A stretch of DNA of 64,000 nt, taken from NCBI GenBank assembly GCA_965277805.1, contig OZ255842.1, forward strand, positions 2,528,001 to 2,592,000. Reading direction: 5' to 3'. The notes under the pieces were generated by a model. That model worked only from the letters and a program-made list of their open reading frames with translations. It was not told the origin of the DNA and made no database searches. This stretch comes from Candidatus Lustribacter sp. (lineage in GTDB: Bacteria; Vulcanimicrobiota; Vulcanimicrobiia; Vulcanimicrobiales; Vulcanimicrobiaceae). How positions within the stretch are numbered: position 1 is the first letter of the stretch; each line of letters opens with the position of its first letter. This document shows, piece by piece, positions 1 through 9,439 of the stretch. The position numbers and the translations under genes are program-made.

Positions 1-30
1 CACGGCCGAGAAGCGATGTCCTAGCCTAGC

Positions 31-474
31 CTACGAGTTTTTGTCCATCACGACTTTGCCGCTGAGCTCTTCGACACGATCGACGTCGATGAGCACGCCG
101 ACGCCGGACTTGTCTTTGTCGCGCGACTGTTCGGTCGCGTTGGTCTTTTCCCAGACCTTCTCGCGCTCCGGCCCATCCTTGACGATACGGGCCGTGCCGT
201 ACACGCGGAACGCGCCGCCGCCGTAGGGGATGTCTTTCATGCGCGCGGCGTTGCGATAATACACCACGACCTTCGGGTTGGCGGCGAGATTGTGTTCGGT
301 CGAACGATGGCTGCGTTCCCAGAACGACAACGTGTGATCGTCGAAGACCGCGATGCTGCCCTTCGGGCTGATCTGCGGTGTGCCGTCGGCACCGACGGTG
401 CCCAGCAGCGCTTCGTGCCCTTCGGCCAGCGCGGTGTCATACAATTCAGCAATGAGCGGCGTTAGTTTAATCAT
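31..474 (-). CDS. Pyridoxamine 5'-phosphate oxidase-like FMN-binding protein
   Basis: 147 aa; LGTVGADGTPQISPKGS and NLAANPKV motifs of PNPOx-like split barrels. Confidence 0.8.
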   Translation of the reverse strand: MIKLTPLIAELYDTALAEGHEALLGTVGADGTPQISPKGSIAVFDDHTLSFWERSHRSTEHNLAANPKVVVYYRNAARMKDIPYGGGAFRVYGTARIVKDGPEREKVWEKTNATEQSRDKDKSGVGVLIDVDRVEELSGKVVMDKNS

Positions 475-850
475 CGTGCCGGACTATATGACCGGCGGCT
501 GCGAGCACCTTTTTCGCCTCCGCTAAGCGATCTTCGCGCACCAGGATGTGGTCGGTGTCGTAGGTCGAGATCCCGAAGATCGAGATGCCGGCTTCCGCGA
601 GCGGCGCGGCCAGCGATGCGACGATTCCGGTCAGCGTGAAATCGAGCGTGCCCACGACGGCGAGCGCGCGGAAGCCGCGCTGCACTTCGGTGTGCGTCGA
701 CGGGACGGCATCGTCGCGGCAGACGATCGAGAGCTCCCGCGGAGTGCGAACGACGGCGAGGAAATCTCGGCCCGCAACCCACGGCGGCACCGGAGCATCG
801 GCTGCCAGCCGGGCCAGCGCCAAGGTCTCGTCGAGCACGTGCAGTTCCAC
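467..850 (-). CDS. ACT-domain protein (ACT_7/CASTOR-like)
   Basis: GTLDFTLTGIVASLAAPLAEAGISIFGISTYDTDHILV signature. Confidence 0.85.
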   Translation of the reverse strand: MELHVLDETLALARLAADAPVPPWVAGRDFLAVVRTPRELSIVCRDDAVPSTHTEVQRGFRALAVVGTLDFTLTGIVASLAAPLAEAGISIFGISTYDTDHILVREDRLAEAKKVLAAAGHIVRHDD

Positions 851-860
851 CCGGTCTCCT

Positions 861-1985
861 CTAAACGAGCGCGGCGCTGGCGATGCGCGCGAGGCCCTCG
901 CGGAAGGCGTCGATCGGCGCCACCCAACTGAGCCGCAGCCACCCTTCGAGCGTTGCGCCGAAGATGGAACCGGGGATCGTGACGACGTCGTGCTCCTGCA
1001 CGAGGCGCATCGCGGAGGCCACCGAGTCGCTGAAGTCGGGCAACTTCACGCAGGCGTAAAATGCACCGTCGGGTTCGATGAACTGCAGACCGGATTCGCG
1101 CAGCGCCGCTAACACGGCCGTGCGCTGCGTGCGATACCACGCGGCATGTTCGGCAAGCGCACCCGGTTCGCTGAAGATGCTCTGCGCGACGCGCTGCCCG
1201 AAGGTGTTCGCCGCGGTGACGATCCACGCGTGCACCTTGCTCAACTCATCGCACAGCGGCGCGGGCGCGATCGTCCAGCCGATGCGTAAGCCGGTGAGCG
1301 CGTTGGACTTCGAGAGACCGTTGATCGCAATCGTGTAGGGATAGAGCTCGGCGAACGAACCGGCGTCTTCGACATACGTCAGTTCGCGATAGAGTTCGTC
1401 GAAGAGCACCCACACCGGTTCGCCCGCACGCGCGAGCAGCGCATCGGCCAGCTGCTGCGCTGCGGCGCGCGTGATGACGCGCCCGGTCGGGTTCGACGGC
1501 GAACCGATGATCACGAGCCGCGTCTTCGGCGAGAGCGCGGCGACGATCGCATCGGCGTCATACGAAAAGCCGGTGCTCTCGGGCATCCCGACCGAGCGGA
1601 CGGGGATGCCTTCGAGCTGCGCGATCTTCGCGTAGGCCGTATAGGCCGGCTCGACCAGCAAGACTTCGTCGCGCTCGGGATCGAGCAACGTCTTGATCGC
1701 GACGTACATCGCTTCTTCCGAACCGCTCGTGATGCACACGTTGCGCGCGTCCGAGCGGCCGGGATAGGCGTAGTGCTGCGCGATCAGCGTGCGCAATTCG
1801 AGCGCGCCCGGATTGAGCGTGTACTTCATACCGCGCTCGGCCGTTTCTCGGGCCGCCGCGTCGATGAACCGCTGCTGCGGAAACAGCGTCGGTTCGCCGA
1901 GCCCGAGGTCGATCGACGTCGGGCGTTTGAGCGCGGCCATCGCGCGAATTTGCGACGGCTCGATCGCCGCAAGTTTCGGATTCAC
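861..1985 (-). CDS. PLP-dependent aminotransferase class I/II (candidate DapC)
   Basis: SPSNPTG, DELY and GLSKSNALTGLRIGW motifs; directly downstream of dapD. Confidence 0.85.
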   Translation of the reverse strand: MNPKLAAIEPSQIRAMAALKRPTSIDLGLGEPTLFPQQRFIDAAARETAERGMKYTLNPGALELRTLIAQHYAYPGRSDARNVCITSGSEEAMYVAIKTLLDPERDEVLLVEPAYTAYAKIAQLEGIPVRSVGMPESTGFSYDADAIVAALSPKTRLVIIGSPSNPTGRVITRAAAQQLADALLARAGEPVWVLFDELYRELTYVEDAGSFAELYPYTIAINGLSKSNALTGLRIGWTIAPAPLCDELSKVHAWIVTAANTFGQRVAQSIFSEPGALAEHAAWYRTQRTAVLAALRESGLQFIEPDGAFYACVKLPDFSDSVASAMRLVQEHDVVTIPGSIFGATLEGWLRLSWVAPIDAFREGLARIASAALV

Positions 1986-1990
1986 CGTCT

Positions 1991-2019
1991 TGTCATCCCG
2001 AGCTTGTCGAGGGATGACA
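1991..2019. repeat. REP-like palindromic intergenic repeat, copy 1
   Basis: TGTCATCCC-GAGCTTGTCGA-GGGATGACA; same core at 18945, 32424 and 60848. Confidence 0.75.
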
Positions 2020-2023
2020 TATC

Positions 2024-2878
2024 CTAGACGGCGACCTCGTAGTCGCGCAACACGGCGTTGAGCGAGGTTTTCATGTCGGTCGATTCGCTGCGCGTGCCGA
2101 TCACGAGCGCGACCGGGACGCCGTACTGCCCGGCCGGGAACGTCTTGGGCATACTTCCCGGAATCACGACCGAGCGCGGCTCAACGTACCCCTTGGTGAT
2201 CACCGGTTCGTTGCCGCGCACGTCGACGATCGACGTCGACGCGGTGATGACGGTGCCGGCACCGAGCACGGCTCCGGTTCCGATGCGCACGCCTTCGACC
2301 ACGATGCAGCGCGAACCGATGAACGCGCCGTCTTCGACGATTACCGGCGAAGCTTGCGCGGGTTCGAGCACGCCGCCGATGCCGACGCCGCCGGCGAGAT
2401 GAACGTTCTTGCCGATCTGCGCGCACGAACCGACCGTCGCCCACGTGTCGACCATCGAGCCCTCGTCGACGTACGCGCCGATGTTGACGAAACCGGGCAT
2501 CAGGATTGCGCCGCGCCCAAGGAAACTTCCGTAGCGCGCAATCCCGCCCGGAACGCAGCGCACGCCGAGCTTCTTGTAATTGCGCTTGGTCGGCACTTTG
2601 TCGAAGTACGTCGGCGAGAACTCGCGCACGCCCGGCGCATCCTTTTGCGCGCAGTCCGGACCGACGTGTTCGCTGTCCATGCGCGCGAAGTAGAGCAAGA
2701 TCGCGTGCTTGATCCACGCATGTGTGATCCAGCTCTCTCCGTTGAACTCCGCAACGCGCAAGTGGCCTTCGTCCAGTGCCTCAATGACCTCGTCGACCGC
2801 CTTGCCCTTCTTCCCCTTAACGTTAGTCGGATCGGCGACCAGCGCTTCGATCCGAGCCTGTAACTCTGAAACATCCAT
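2024..2878 (-). CDS. dapD: Tetrahydrodipicolinate N-succinyltransferase
   Basis: [56 protein letters not shown]. Confidence 0.95.
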   Translation of the reverse strand: MDVSELQARIEALVADPTNVKGKKGKAVDEVIEALDEGHLRVAEFNGESWITHAWIKHAILLYFARMDSEHVGPDCAQKDAPGVREFSPTYFDKVPTKRNYKKLGVRCVPGGIARYGSFLGRGAILMPGFVNIGAYVDEGSMVDTWATVGSCAQIGKNVHLAGGVGIGGVLEPAQASPVIVEDGAFIGSRCIVVEGVRIGTGAVLGAGTVITASTSIVDVRGNEPVITKGYVEPRSVVIPGSMPKTFPAGQYGVPVALVIGTRSESTDMKTSLNAVLRDYEVAV

Positions 2879-2979
2879 CTCGACGCCTCTTCGGTCCGCA
2901 AGAGACGGTTCCCAGGGAAGAACGGTTGGGGTTCCGGCGAATCTTGTTGTTCCGGCTCCGCGCTTACTTCTGGAGATGT

Positions 2980-4971
2980 ATGGCCAACACGGCTGACGAC
3001 GAAAAACGTATCAACACCATCCGCTTCCTGGCCGTTGATGCGGTCCAGAAAGCGAACTCGGGCCACCCCGGCATGCCGCTGGGAGCGGCCGCCGCGGCGT
3101 ACACCCTCTGGTCGCGCCACATGCAGATGGACCCGGCCGACCCCAAGTGGTTCAATCGCGACCGCTTCGTCCTCAGCGCCGGTCACGCATCGGCCTTACT
3201 CTACGCGCTGCTGCACCTCTTCGGCTACGACCTGACGATCGACGATCTCAAATCGTTTCGTCAGCTGGGCAGCCGGACGCCGGGTCACCCGGAGTACCAC
3301 CACACCGCGGGCGTGGAGGTCACGACCGGCCCGCTGGGTCAGGGATTCGGCAACGCGGTGGGTCTGGCGATCGCGCAGGCACAGGTCGCGGCCACCTACT
3401 CGGCCGGCGGCAGCCTCTTCGACCATTACACCTACGTGATGGCCGGCGACGGCGACATGATGGAAGGCGTAGCCAGCGAGGCTGCTTCACTCGCCGGTCA
3501 CTTGCAACTCGGCAAGCTGATTTGTCTCTACGACGACAACAAGATCTCGCTCGCCGCACCGACGTCGGTCACGTTTACCGAAGACGTCGGCAAGCGCTTC
3601 GAAGCCTACGGTTGGCACATCCAGCACATCGATGAAGCGCACGCCAACGACGTCGACGTCATCGACGCGGCGATCAAGAAGGCGAAAGGCGAGTCGAACA
3701 AGCCGTCGATCATCTTGATTCATTCGACGATCGGCTACGCCTCGCCGAAGGCCGGCACGTTCGGGGCGCACGGCGAGCCGCTCGGCGCCGACAACGTCGC
3801 CAAGACAAAGGAAACCTTAGGCTGGCCGGTCGAGCCGGCGTTCCTCATCCCCGATGACGTTGCCAAGTACTTCGGCGAACGCAAAGCCGCCGGTGCGAAA
3901 GCGCACGCGGAGTGGGACGCGGTCTATACGGATTGGAAGCGCGCCAACGCGGATCTGGCCAAACAGTTCGAGCGCGCGCGCGACGGCAAATTGCCCGACG
4001 ATCTTCCCTGGCCCACGTTCAACGAAGAAAACGGCAGCGTCGCCTCGCGTGACGCGGGCGGCGTGGTGATGAACGCGATCGCCAAGGCGCTTCCCGAACT
4101 GATCGGCGGTTCGGCCGACCTCGATCCGTCGACGAAGACCTACCTCAAGGGCTTCGGCGATTTCCAGCCCGGAACGTACGGCGGGCGCAACGTGCACTTC
4201 GGCGTGCGCGAGCACACGATGGCCGCTGCGACCAACGGCATGGCCGCGCATGGCGCCATCTTGCCGTTCTGCGCGACGTTCTTCAACTTCCTCGACTACT
4301 GCAAACCGGCGCTTCGGCTCGCCGCGCTCAACCTGATGCGCACCATCTACGTGTTCACCCACGACTCCGTGTTCTTGGGCGAAGACGGTCCGACGCATCA
4401 GCCGATCGAGCAGCTCGCAATGCTGCGCGCGACACCCAACGTCATCGATCTGCGGCCGGCCGACGCTCTCGAAACGCTCGAGGCGTGGAAGTACGCAGTA
4501 CAGCCGGGAACGGGACCGTCGGTCATCGTGCTCTCGCGCCAGAAGCTGCCGTATCTCGGCGACCGCAAAGCCGACGTCGCGCGAGGCGCCTACATTCTCG
4601 ATGAGCCGGCCGGGACGCCCGACCTGATCCTCATCGCGAGCGGTTCGGAAGTGCAGCTCGCGCGCGCAGCAGCGAAACTGCTGGCGGCGAAGGGCACGAA
4701 GGCGCGCGTCGTTTCGATGCCGTCGTTCCACCTCTTCGATAAACAAGATGCCGCATATCGCGAGTCGGTGCTGCCGGCTGCGATCAAGGCGCGCGTCTCG
4801 ATCGAAGCTGCCAGCACGTTCGGCTGGCACAAATATGTCGGCGATCGTGGCCTCGCGTACGGGCTCGATCACTTCGGCACGTCGGCCCCAGCGCCGGCGA
4901 TTGAAAAAGAGTACGGCTTCACCCCCGAACACATCGCCGACGTCGCAACAGGCCTCTTGGCCGGCGTCTGA
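2980..4971 (+). CDS. tkt: Transketolase
   Basis: [49 protein letters not shown] at 2980 after GGAG. Confidence 0.97.
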   Translation: MANTADDEKRINTIRFLAVDAVQKANSGHPGMPLGAAAAAYTLWSRHMQMDPADPKWFNRDRFVLSAGHASALLYALLHLFGYDLTIDDLKSFRQLGSRTPGHPEYHHTAGVEVTTGPLGQGFGNAVGLAIAQAQVAATYSAGGSLFDHYTYVMAGDGDMMEGVASEAASLAGHLQLGKLICLYDDNKISLAAPTSVTFTEDVGKRFEAYGWHIQHIDEAHANDVDVIDAAIKKAKGESNKPSIILIHSTIGYASPKAGTFGAHGEPLGADNVAKTKETLGWPVEPAFLIPDDVAKYFGERKAAGAKAHAEWDAVYTDWKRANADLAKQFERARDGKLPDDLPWPTFNEENGSVASRDAGGVVMNAIAKALPELIGGSADLDPSTKTYLKGFGDFQPGTYGGRNVHFGVREHTMAAATNGMAAHGAILPFCATFFNFLDYCKPALRLAALNLMRTIYVFTHDSVFLGEDGPTHQPIEQLAMLRATPNVIDLRPADALETLEAWKYAVQPGTGPSVIVLSRQKLPYLGDRKADVARGAYILDEPAGTPDLILIASGSEVQLARAAAKLLAAKGTKARVVSMPSFHLFDKQDAAYRESVLPAAIKARVSIEAASTFGWHKYVGDRGLAYGLDHFGTSAPAPAIEKEYGFTPEHIADVATGLLAGV

Positions 4972-4992
4972 TTTTCCGCAAAGGATCGCATC

Positions 4993-6120
4993 ATGGGTAA
5001 CCAACTCCGAGAACTCTCCGCTGCGGGTCAGAGCGTCTGGCTCGATAACATCAAACGCTCGATGTTCGCTTCGGGCGATCTGCAGAAGCTCATCGATCTC
5101 GGCCTGCGCGGCCAGACGTCCAATCCAACGATCTTCGAGCACGCGATCGGTGCGGGTACCGATTACGACGAGCAGCTCAAGACGCTGGCCGCCAGCGAAC
5201 ACGACCCGCAGAACCTCTTCGAAGCGCTGGCGATCCAAGACATTCGCAGCGCGTGCGACCTCTTCGCGCCGGTCTACAAGAGCACGAACGCGCTCGACGG
5301 TTACGTGTCGCTTGAGGTATCGCCCGCGCTCGCGCACGATACGAAGGCCACCACCGAGGCGGCTCTGCGCTTGTGGAAAGCCGTCGATCGGCCGAACGTG
5401 ATGATCAAGATTCCCGGCACGCCCGAGTGCTTGGCGTCCATCCGCGCCTCGATCGCTGCCGGCGTCAACATCAACGTGACGCTGCTGTTCTCGGTCGACC
5501 AGTACGCCGCCGCGGCCAATGCCTACATCGACGGCCTCGAAGATCGCGTCAAAGCCGGTCAGCCGATCGATGGAGTCGCTTCGGTGGCGAGCGTCTTCGT
5601 CTCGCGCATCGACACGATGATCGACAAGATGCTCGACGAACGCATCGCCAAGGGCGAGAAGCTCGAAGACCTCAAGGGCAAGGCGGGCATCGCGAACCTG
5701 AAACTGACGTACGCGAAGTTCGAAGAGCTCTTCCACGGCACGCGCTTTGCCACGCTGAAAGCCAAGGGCGCGAAGGTTCAGCGTCCGCTCTGGGCCAGCA
5801 CCTCGACCAAGAACCCGAAGTACGACGATCTGATGTACGTCGTCAACGTCGTCGGCGCGGACACCGTCAACACGATGCCGCCGGCCACGATCGACGCGCT
5901 GCTGGATCACGGCGTGATCAAACCCGACACGATCCATCAGGACGTTCCGGGCGCGAAAGCGCTGATCGCGGAGCTGGCCGCCAAGGGCATTTCGCTGCAC
6001 GACGTCACCGAGCAGCTGGTTGCCGACGGCGTGAAATCGTTCGCGCAGTCGTTCAAAGACATGCTCGACGCAATTCAAGCCAAACACGAAGCCCTGGCCG
6101 CGAAAGCCGAGGCCAAGTGA
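4993..6120 (+). CDS. tal: Transaldolase (long type)
   Basis: SVWLD, TSNPTIF, VSLEVSP, MIKIPGT, NVTLLFS, FVSRID, RPLWAST. Confidence 0.96.
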   Translation: MGNQLRELSAAGQSVWLDNIKRSMFASGDLQKLIDLGLRGQTSNPTIFEHAIGAGTDYDEQLKTLAASEHDPQNLFEALAIQDIRSACDLFAPVYKSTNALDGYVSLEVSPALAHDTKATTEAALRLWKAVDRPNVMIKIPGTPECLASIRASIAAGVNINVTLLFSVDQYAAAANAYIDGLEDRVKAGQPIDGVASVASVFVSRIDTMIDKMLDERIAKGEKLEDLKGKAGIANLKLTYAKFEELFHGTRFATLKAKGAKVQRPLWASTSTKNPKYDDLMYVVNVVGADTVNTMPPATIDALLDHGVIKPDTIHQDVPGAKALIAELAAKGISLHDVTEQLVADGVKSFAQSFKDMLDAIQAKHEALAAKAEAK

Positions 6121-7685
6121 CGCAAACGGTCGCTGCGACCAACGGCGTCCCCGGGGGCGACGTCAACCCGCTGCGCGCGGGCGTCGCCTCCAGCCGCATC
6201 ACCGAACCGTGCAACGTCGTGTTCTTCGGCGCGAGCGGCGATCTCGTCAAGCGCATGCTGATGCCGGCGATGTACAATCTCCGGCTCGAAGACATACTGC
6301 CGGCGAACTACGGGATTCTCGGATTCTCGCGCTGCGAATGGCAGACGGCGGAGTTCCGCGCCAGTATGCGCAAGTCGATCGACGAGTTCTCGCGTTCCGG
6401 GCCGGCCAAAGATCCGCTCTGGACCGATTTCGCCAAGCGCCTCTCCTTCGTCAACGGCTCGTTCGACGATCCGGAAGCCTTCAAGCAACTCCGCCGGCAG
6501 CTCGAAAACAACGATGCGACGCTCGGTACCGGCGGCAACCGTCTGTACTACCTCTCGACGCCGCCCTCGCTCTTCGGCACGATCATCGACCGGCTCGACG
6601 AAGCCGGGCTCGGACCGCGCGACAACAAGGCGGGCTGGACGCGCATCATCATCGAGAAGCCGTTCGGCACCGATCTCGAGTCGGCGCGGGCGTTGCAAGC
6701 CGAAGTCAACAAGGTCTTCGACGAGAAGGCCGTCTACCGCATCGACCACTACCTCGGCAAAGAGCCGGTGCAAGACATCATGGCGCTGCGCTTCGCAAAC
6801 GTGATCTTCGAGCCGCTCTGGAACCGGCGCTACATCGAGCACGTCCAGATCACGGCGACGGAAACGGTCGGCGTCGAAGAACGCGGCGGCTATTACGACA
6901 ACGCCGGCGCGCTGCGCGACATGATTCAGAACCACGTCATGAACTTGCTCGCGCTGGTTGCGATGGAGCCGCCGGTGTCGCCGACGGCCGACAACATCCG
7001 CGATGAGAAGTTTAAGGTGCTATCGGCGCTGCGGCCGATGGACCGCTCGCGCATCATGCTCGACACCGCCCGGGGTCAATACGGACCGGGCGCCATCGGC
7101 GGCAAGCCCGTCCCCGGCTATCGCGAAGAACCCAACGTCAACCCGAAGTCGAACACGGAGACCTACGCAGCGGTCAAGCTTTTCATCGACAACTGGCGCT
7201 GGGCCGATGTCCCGTTCTTCCTGCGCAGCGGCAAACGCATGGCGCGCAAGAACTCCGAAATCGCGATTCGCTTCAAGGGCATCCCGCACAAGCTCTTCGG
7301 CGAAGCCGGCGACTCGATCGACAACAACGTACTCGTCATGAAGATCCAGCCCGAAGAGGGCGTCTCGCTGCGTTTCTCGGCCAAAGTTCCCGGGCCGAAG
7401 ATGCACATCCGCGCGGTCTCGATGGACTTCAACTACGGCACGGGCTTCGGCGTGGTGTCGGCGCCCGCATACGAGCGTCTGATCGGCGATGCGATGCGCG
7501 GCGACGCCACGTTATTCACGCGCTGGGACGCGGTACAGCAAGCGTGGGAGCAAGTCATGCCGATCCTCGAGACGTGGCAATCCACCATCGACGAAACGTT
7601 TCCGAATTATGCCGCCGGATCGCAAGGCCCGGCGTCCTCCGACCGGATGCTCGCAGCCCACGGAGCGGAATGGAGGAAGATATGA
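6117..7685 (+). CDS. zwf: Glucose-6-phosphate 1-dehydrogenase
   Basis: FGASGDL, IEKPFG, YRIDHYLGKE, RDMIQNH; GTG start overlaps the tal stop. Confidence 0.96.
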   Translation: MTQTVAATNGVPGGDVNPLRAGVASSRITEPCNVVFFGASGDLVKRMLMPAMYNLRLEDILPANYGILGFSRCEWQTAEFRASMRKSIDEFSRSGPAKDPLWTDFAKRLSFVNGSFDDPEAFKQLRRQLENNDATLGTGGNRLYYLSTPPSLFGTIIDRLDEAGLGPRDNKAGWTRIIIEKPFGTDLESARALQAEVNKVFDEKAVYRIDHYLGKEPVQDIMALRFANVIFEPLWNRRYIEHVQITATETVGVEERGGYYDNAGALRDMIQNHVMNLLALVAMEPPVSPTADNIRDEKFKVLSALRPMDRSRIMLDTARGQYGPGAIGGKPVPGYREEPNVNPKSNTETYAAVKLFIDNWRWADVPFFLRSGKRMARKNSEIAIRFKGIPHKLFGEAGDSIDNNVLVMKIQPEEGVSLRFSAKVPGPKMHIRAVSMDFNYGTGFGVVSAPAYERLIGDAMRGDATLFTRWDAVQQAWEQVMPILETWQSTIDETFPNYAAGSQGPASSDRMLAAHGAEWRKI

Positions 7686-8680
7686 CCCCACCTGCTATCC
7701 CGACCGGCGACATCGCTCTGATCCGCAGCGAGCTGGCGCGCGCCAAGCCGCACATTACCACGATGAACTTCATCGTGTGGATCGATCGAGAGAGCAACCG
7801 CGATTGGGTATTGCAGCGGGCCATCAAGATCTCCGAAAAACATCCGTCTCGAACGATCGTCCTCGATGCGAGCCCGGGCCGCATCGGCGCCCACGTGCGG
7901 CCGCTCGATCCAAACGACCCCGCGCAGCAGAGCGCCTTCATCGACATCGGCGTCGCCGGCATCTCGCCGAAGGAGGCGTGCGAGCTCGCCACCTCGCTCG
8001 CCGTTCCCGACGTGCTGACCGTGCTGTGCTGGAGCGCCGAAACGCTCGATGAGAACACCGCGTTCCGCTGCTTCTTCGCCGGCGGCGAACTGCCGGTGGC
8101 CGTCGTCGACTCCTCGCTCGGCGTGCGCGATGCCTCAACGATTCTCGAGGTCGCCAAGTTCTACAACGAACATCCCGGCGTCTCGCTGCGTGACCTGGCG
8201 TGGATGCGTTTGCACCTTTGGCAAGACATCATCGCGCACTTCTTCGACGATCCGGCGCTGCGCGAGGAGCTCTTTTCCATCCGTAAGCTGCGTATCGTGG
8301 CCGGCTCCGACGCCGAAGCGCTCTATCTGGGCGGCTGGCTCGGGAGCCGGCTCGGCTGGAGCGCGACGGCGCACGATGAGTTCGCCGACCGCAACGGTCA
8401 TCACATCGCGTTCGAACACGAGCGCGGCGGGCAAGCGCGGCGCGTCTACAGCGTCGCCCTCACCACGGCCACGTCGGTCTATGAGGGCAGTGTCGACGAA
8501 AAAGATCCGTCGATAGTACGCGTATGGGTCGAAGGCGCGAACGCGCGCGAAGTGCGGCTCGTACCGGTCAAGGCGATCGATACGGCATCGCTGGTCGAAC
8601 GCGCGGCACTCGAGGAACCGGGCACCGACGAGATCTTCGAGCGGGCGCTGCGCATGGTACCGACGCTGATGGCGGGCTAA
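7682..8680 (+). CDS. opcA: G6PDH assembly/effector protein OpcA
   Basis: Between zwf and pgl; HPSRTIVL, DLAWMRL..W, GWLGSRLGW motifs; ATGA overlap. Confidence 0.85.
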   Translation: MTPPAIPTGDIALIRSELARAKPHITTMNFIVWIDRESNRDWVLQRAIKISEKHPSRTIVLDASPGRIGAHVRPLDPNDPAQQSAFIDIGVAGISPKEACELATSLAVPDVLTVLCWSAETLDENTAFRCFFAGGELPVAVVDSSLGVRDASTILEVAKFYNEHPGVSLRDLAWMRLHLWQDIIAHFFDDPALREELFSIRKLRIVAGSDAEALYLGGWLGSRLGWSATAHDEFADRNGHHIAFEHERGGQARRVYSVALTTATSVYEGSVDEKDPSIVRVWVEGANAREVRLVPVKAIDTASLVERAALEEPGTDEIFERALRMVPTLMAG

Positions 8681-8683
8681 CAG

Positions 8684-9439
8684 ATGCCCGTCAACGTCGC
8701 GATCGAAATTCTGCCCGATGAGCAGCACTTGGCCGAAGCCGCCGCCGACCGTTTCATCGGCATCGTCGAAACGGCACTGCGCTATCGCCAGATCGCCGAC
8801 GTTGCGCTGGCCGGCGGTTCGACGCCCAAAGCGATGAACGCGCTGCTCGCCGGCTCGCCGCGCCGTGGCCACGTTGCGTGGGATCGCGTACGCTTCTTCT
8901 TCGGCGACGAACGCACCGTGCCGCCCGACGACCCCGAGTCGAACTATCGCATGACGCGCGAAACGCTCTTCGATCCGCTCGGCATCCCCGCCGACCACAT
9001 CTTCCGCATCCACGGCGAAGACGATCCGCAGGCGGCCGCCGAAGCGTACGCCCAAGTGCTCGTGCGCGAACTCGGTTCGCGGCCGCGCTTCGATCTGCTC
9101 TACCTCGGCATGGGTCCGGACGGCCACACCGCGTCGATCTTCCCCGGCACCTACTCCCGCATCGACGATACGAAGCTGGTGGTCGCGAACTGGGTCGAAC
9201 AATTCAAGACCTGGCGCATCACGCTCACGCCGCACGTCATCAACGATGCCACGCACGTCGTGATCACGGCCGGCGGCAGCGCCAAGGCCGACGCCCTACA
9301 CGCAGTGCTCGACGGCCCGCACGATCCGGACAAGTATCCGGTGCAGCTCGTCGCCCCGACGGACGGCGAGCTGCATTGGCTTATTGATGAAGCGGCGGCG
9401 GCGAAACTTGCGCGTCGGGCGGGAGCGGCAGGACGCTAG
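8684..9439 (+). CDS. pgl: 6-phosphogluconolactonase
   Basis: LAGGSTP, FFGDERTVP, SNYRM, LGMGPDGHTASIFP, RITLT. Confidence 0.95.
   Translation: MPVNVAIEILPDEQHLAEAAADRFIGIVETALRYRQIADVALAGGSTPKAMNALLAGSPRRGHVAWDRVRFFFGDERTVPPDDPESNYRMTRETLFDPLGIPADHIFRIHGEDDPQAAAEAYAQVLVRELGSRPRFDLLYLGMGPDGHTASIFPGTYSRIDDTKLVVANWVEQFKTWRITLTPHVINDATHVVITAGGSAKADALHAVLDGPHDPDKYPVQLVAPTDGELHWLIDEAAAAKLARRAGAAGR

Noticed and set aside
3817-6087. Long antisense ORFs (also 33438-34775, 37764-40130, 50396-52408 and others)
   Set aside because: Expected shadows of GC3-rich genes in another frame or on the opposite strand
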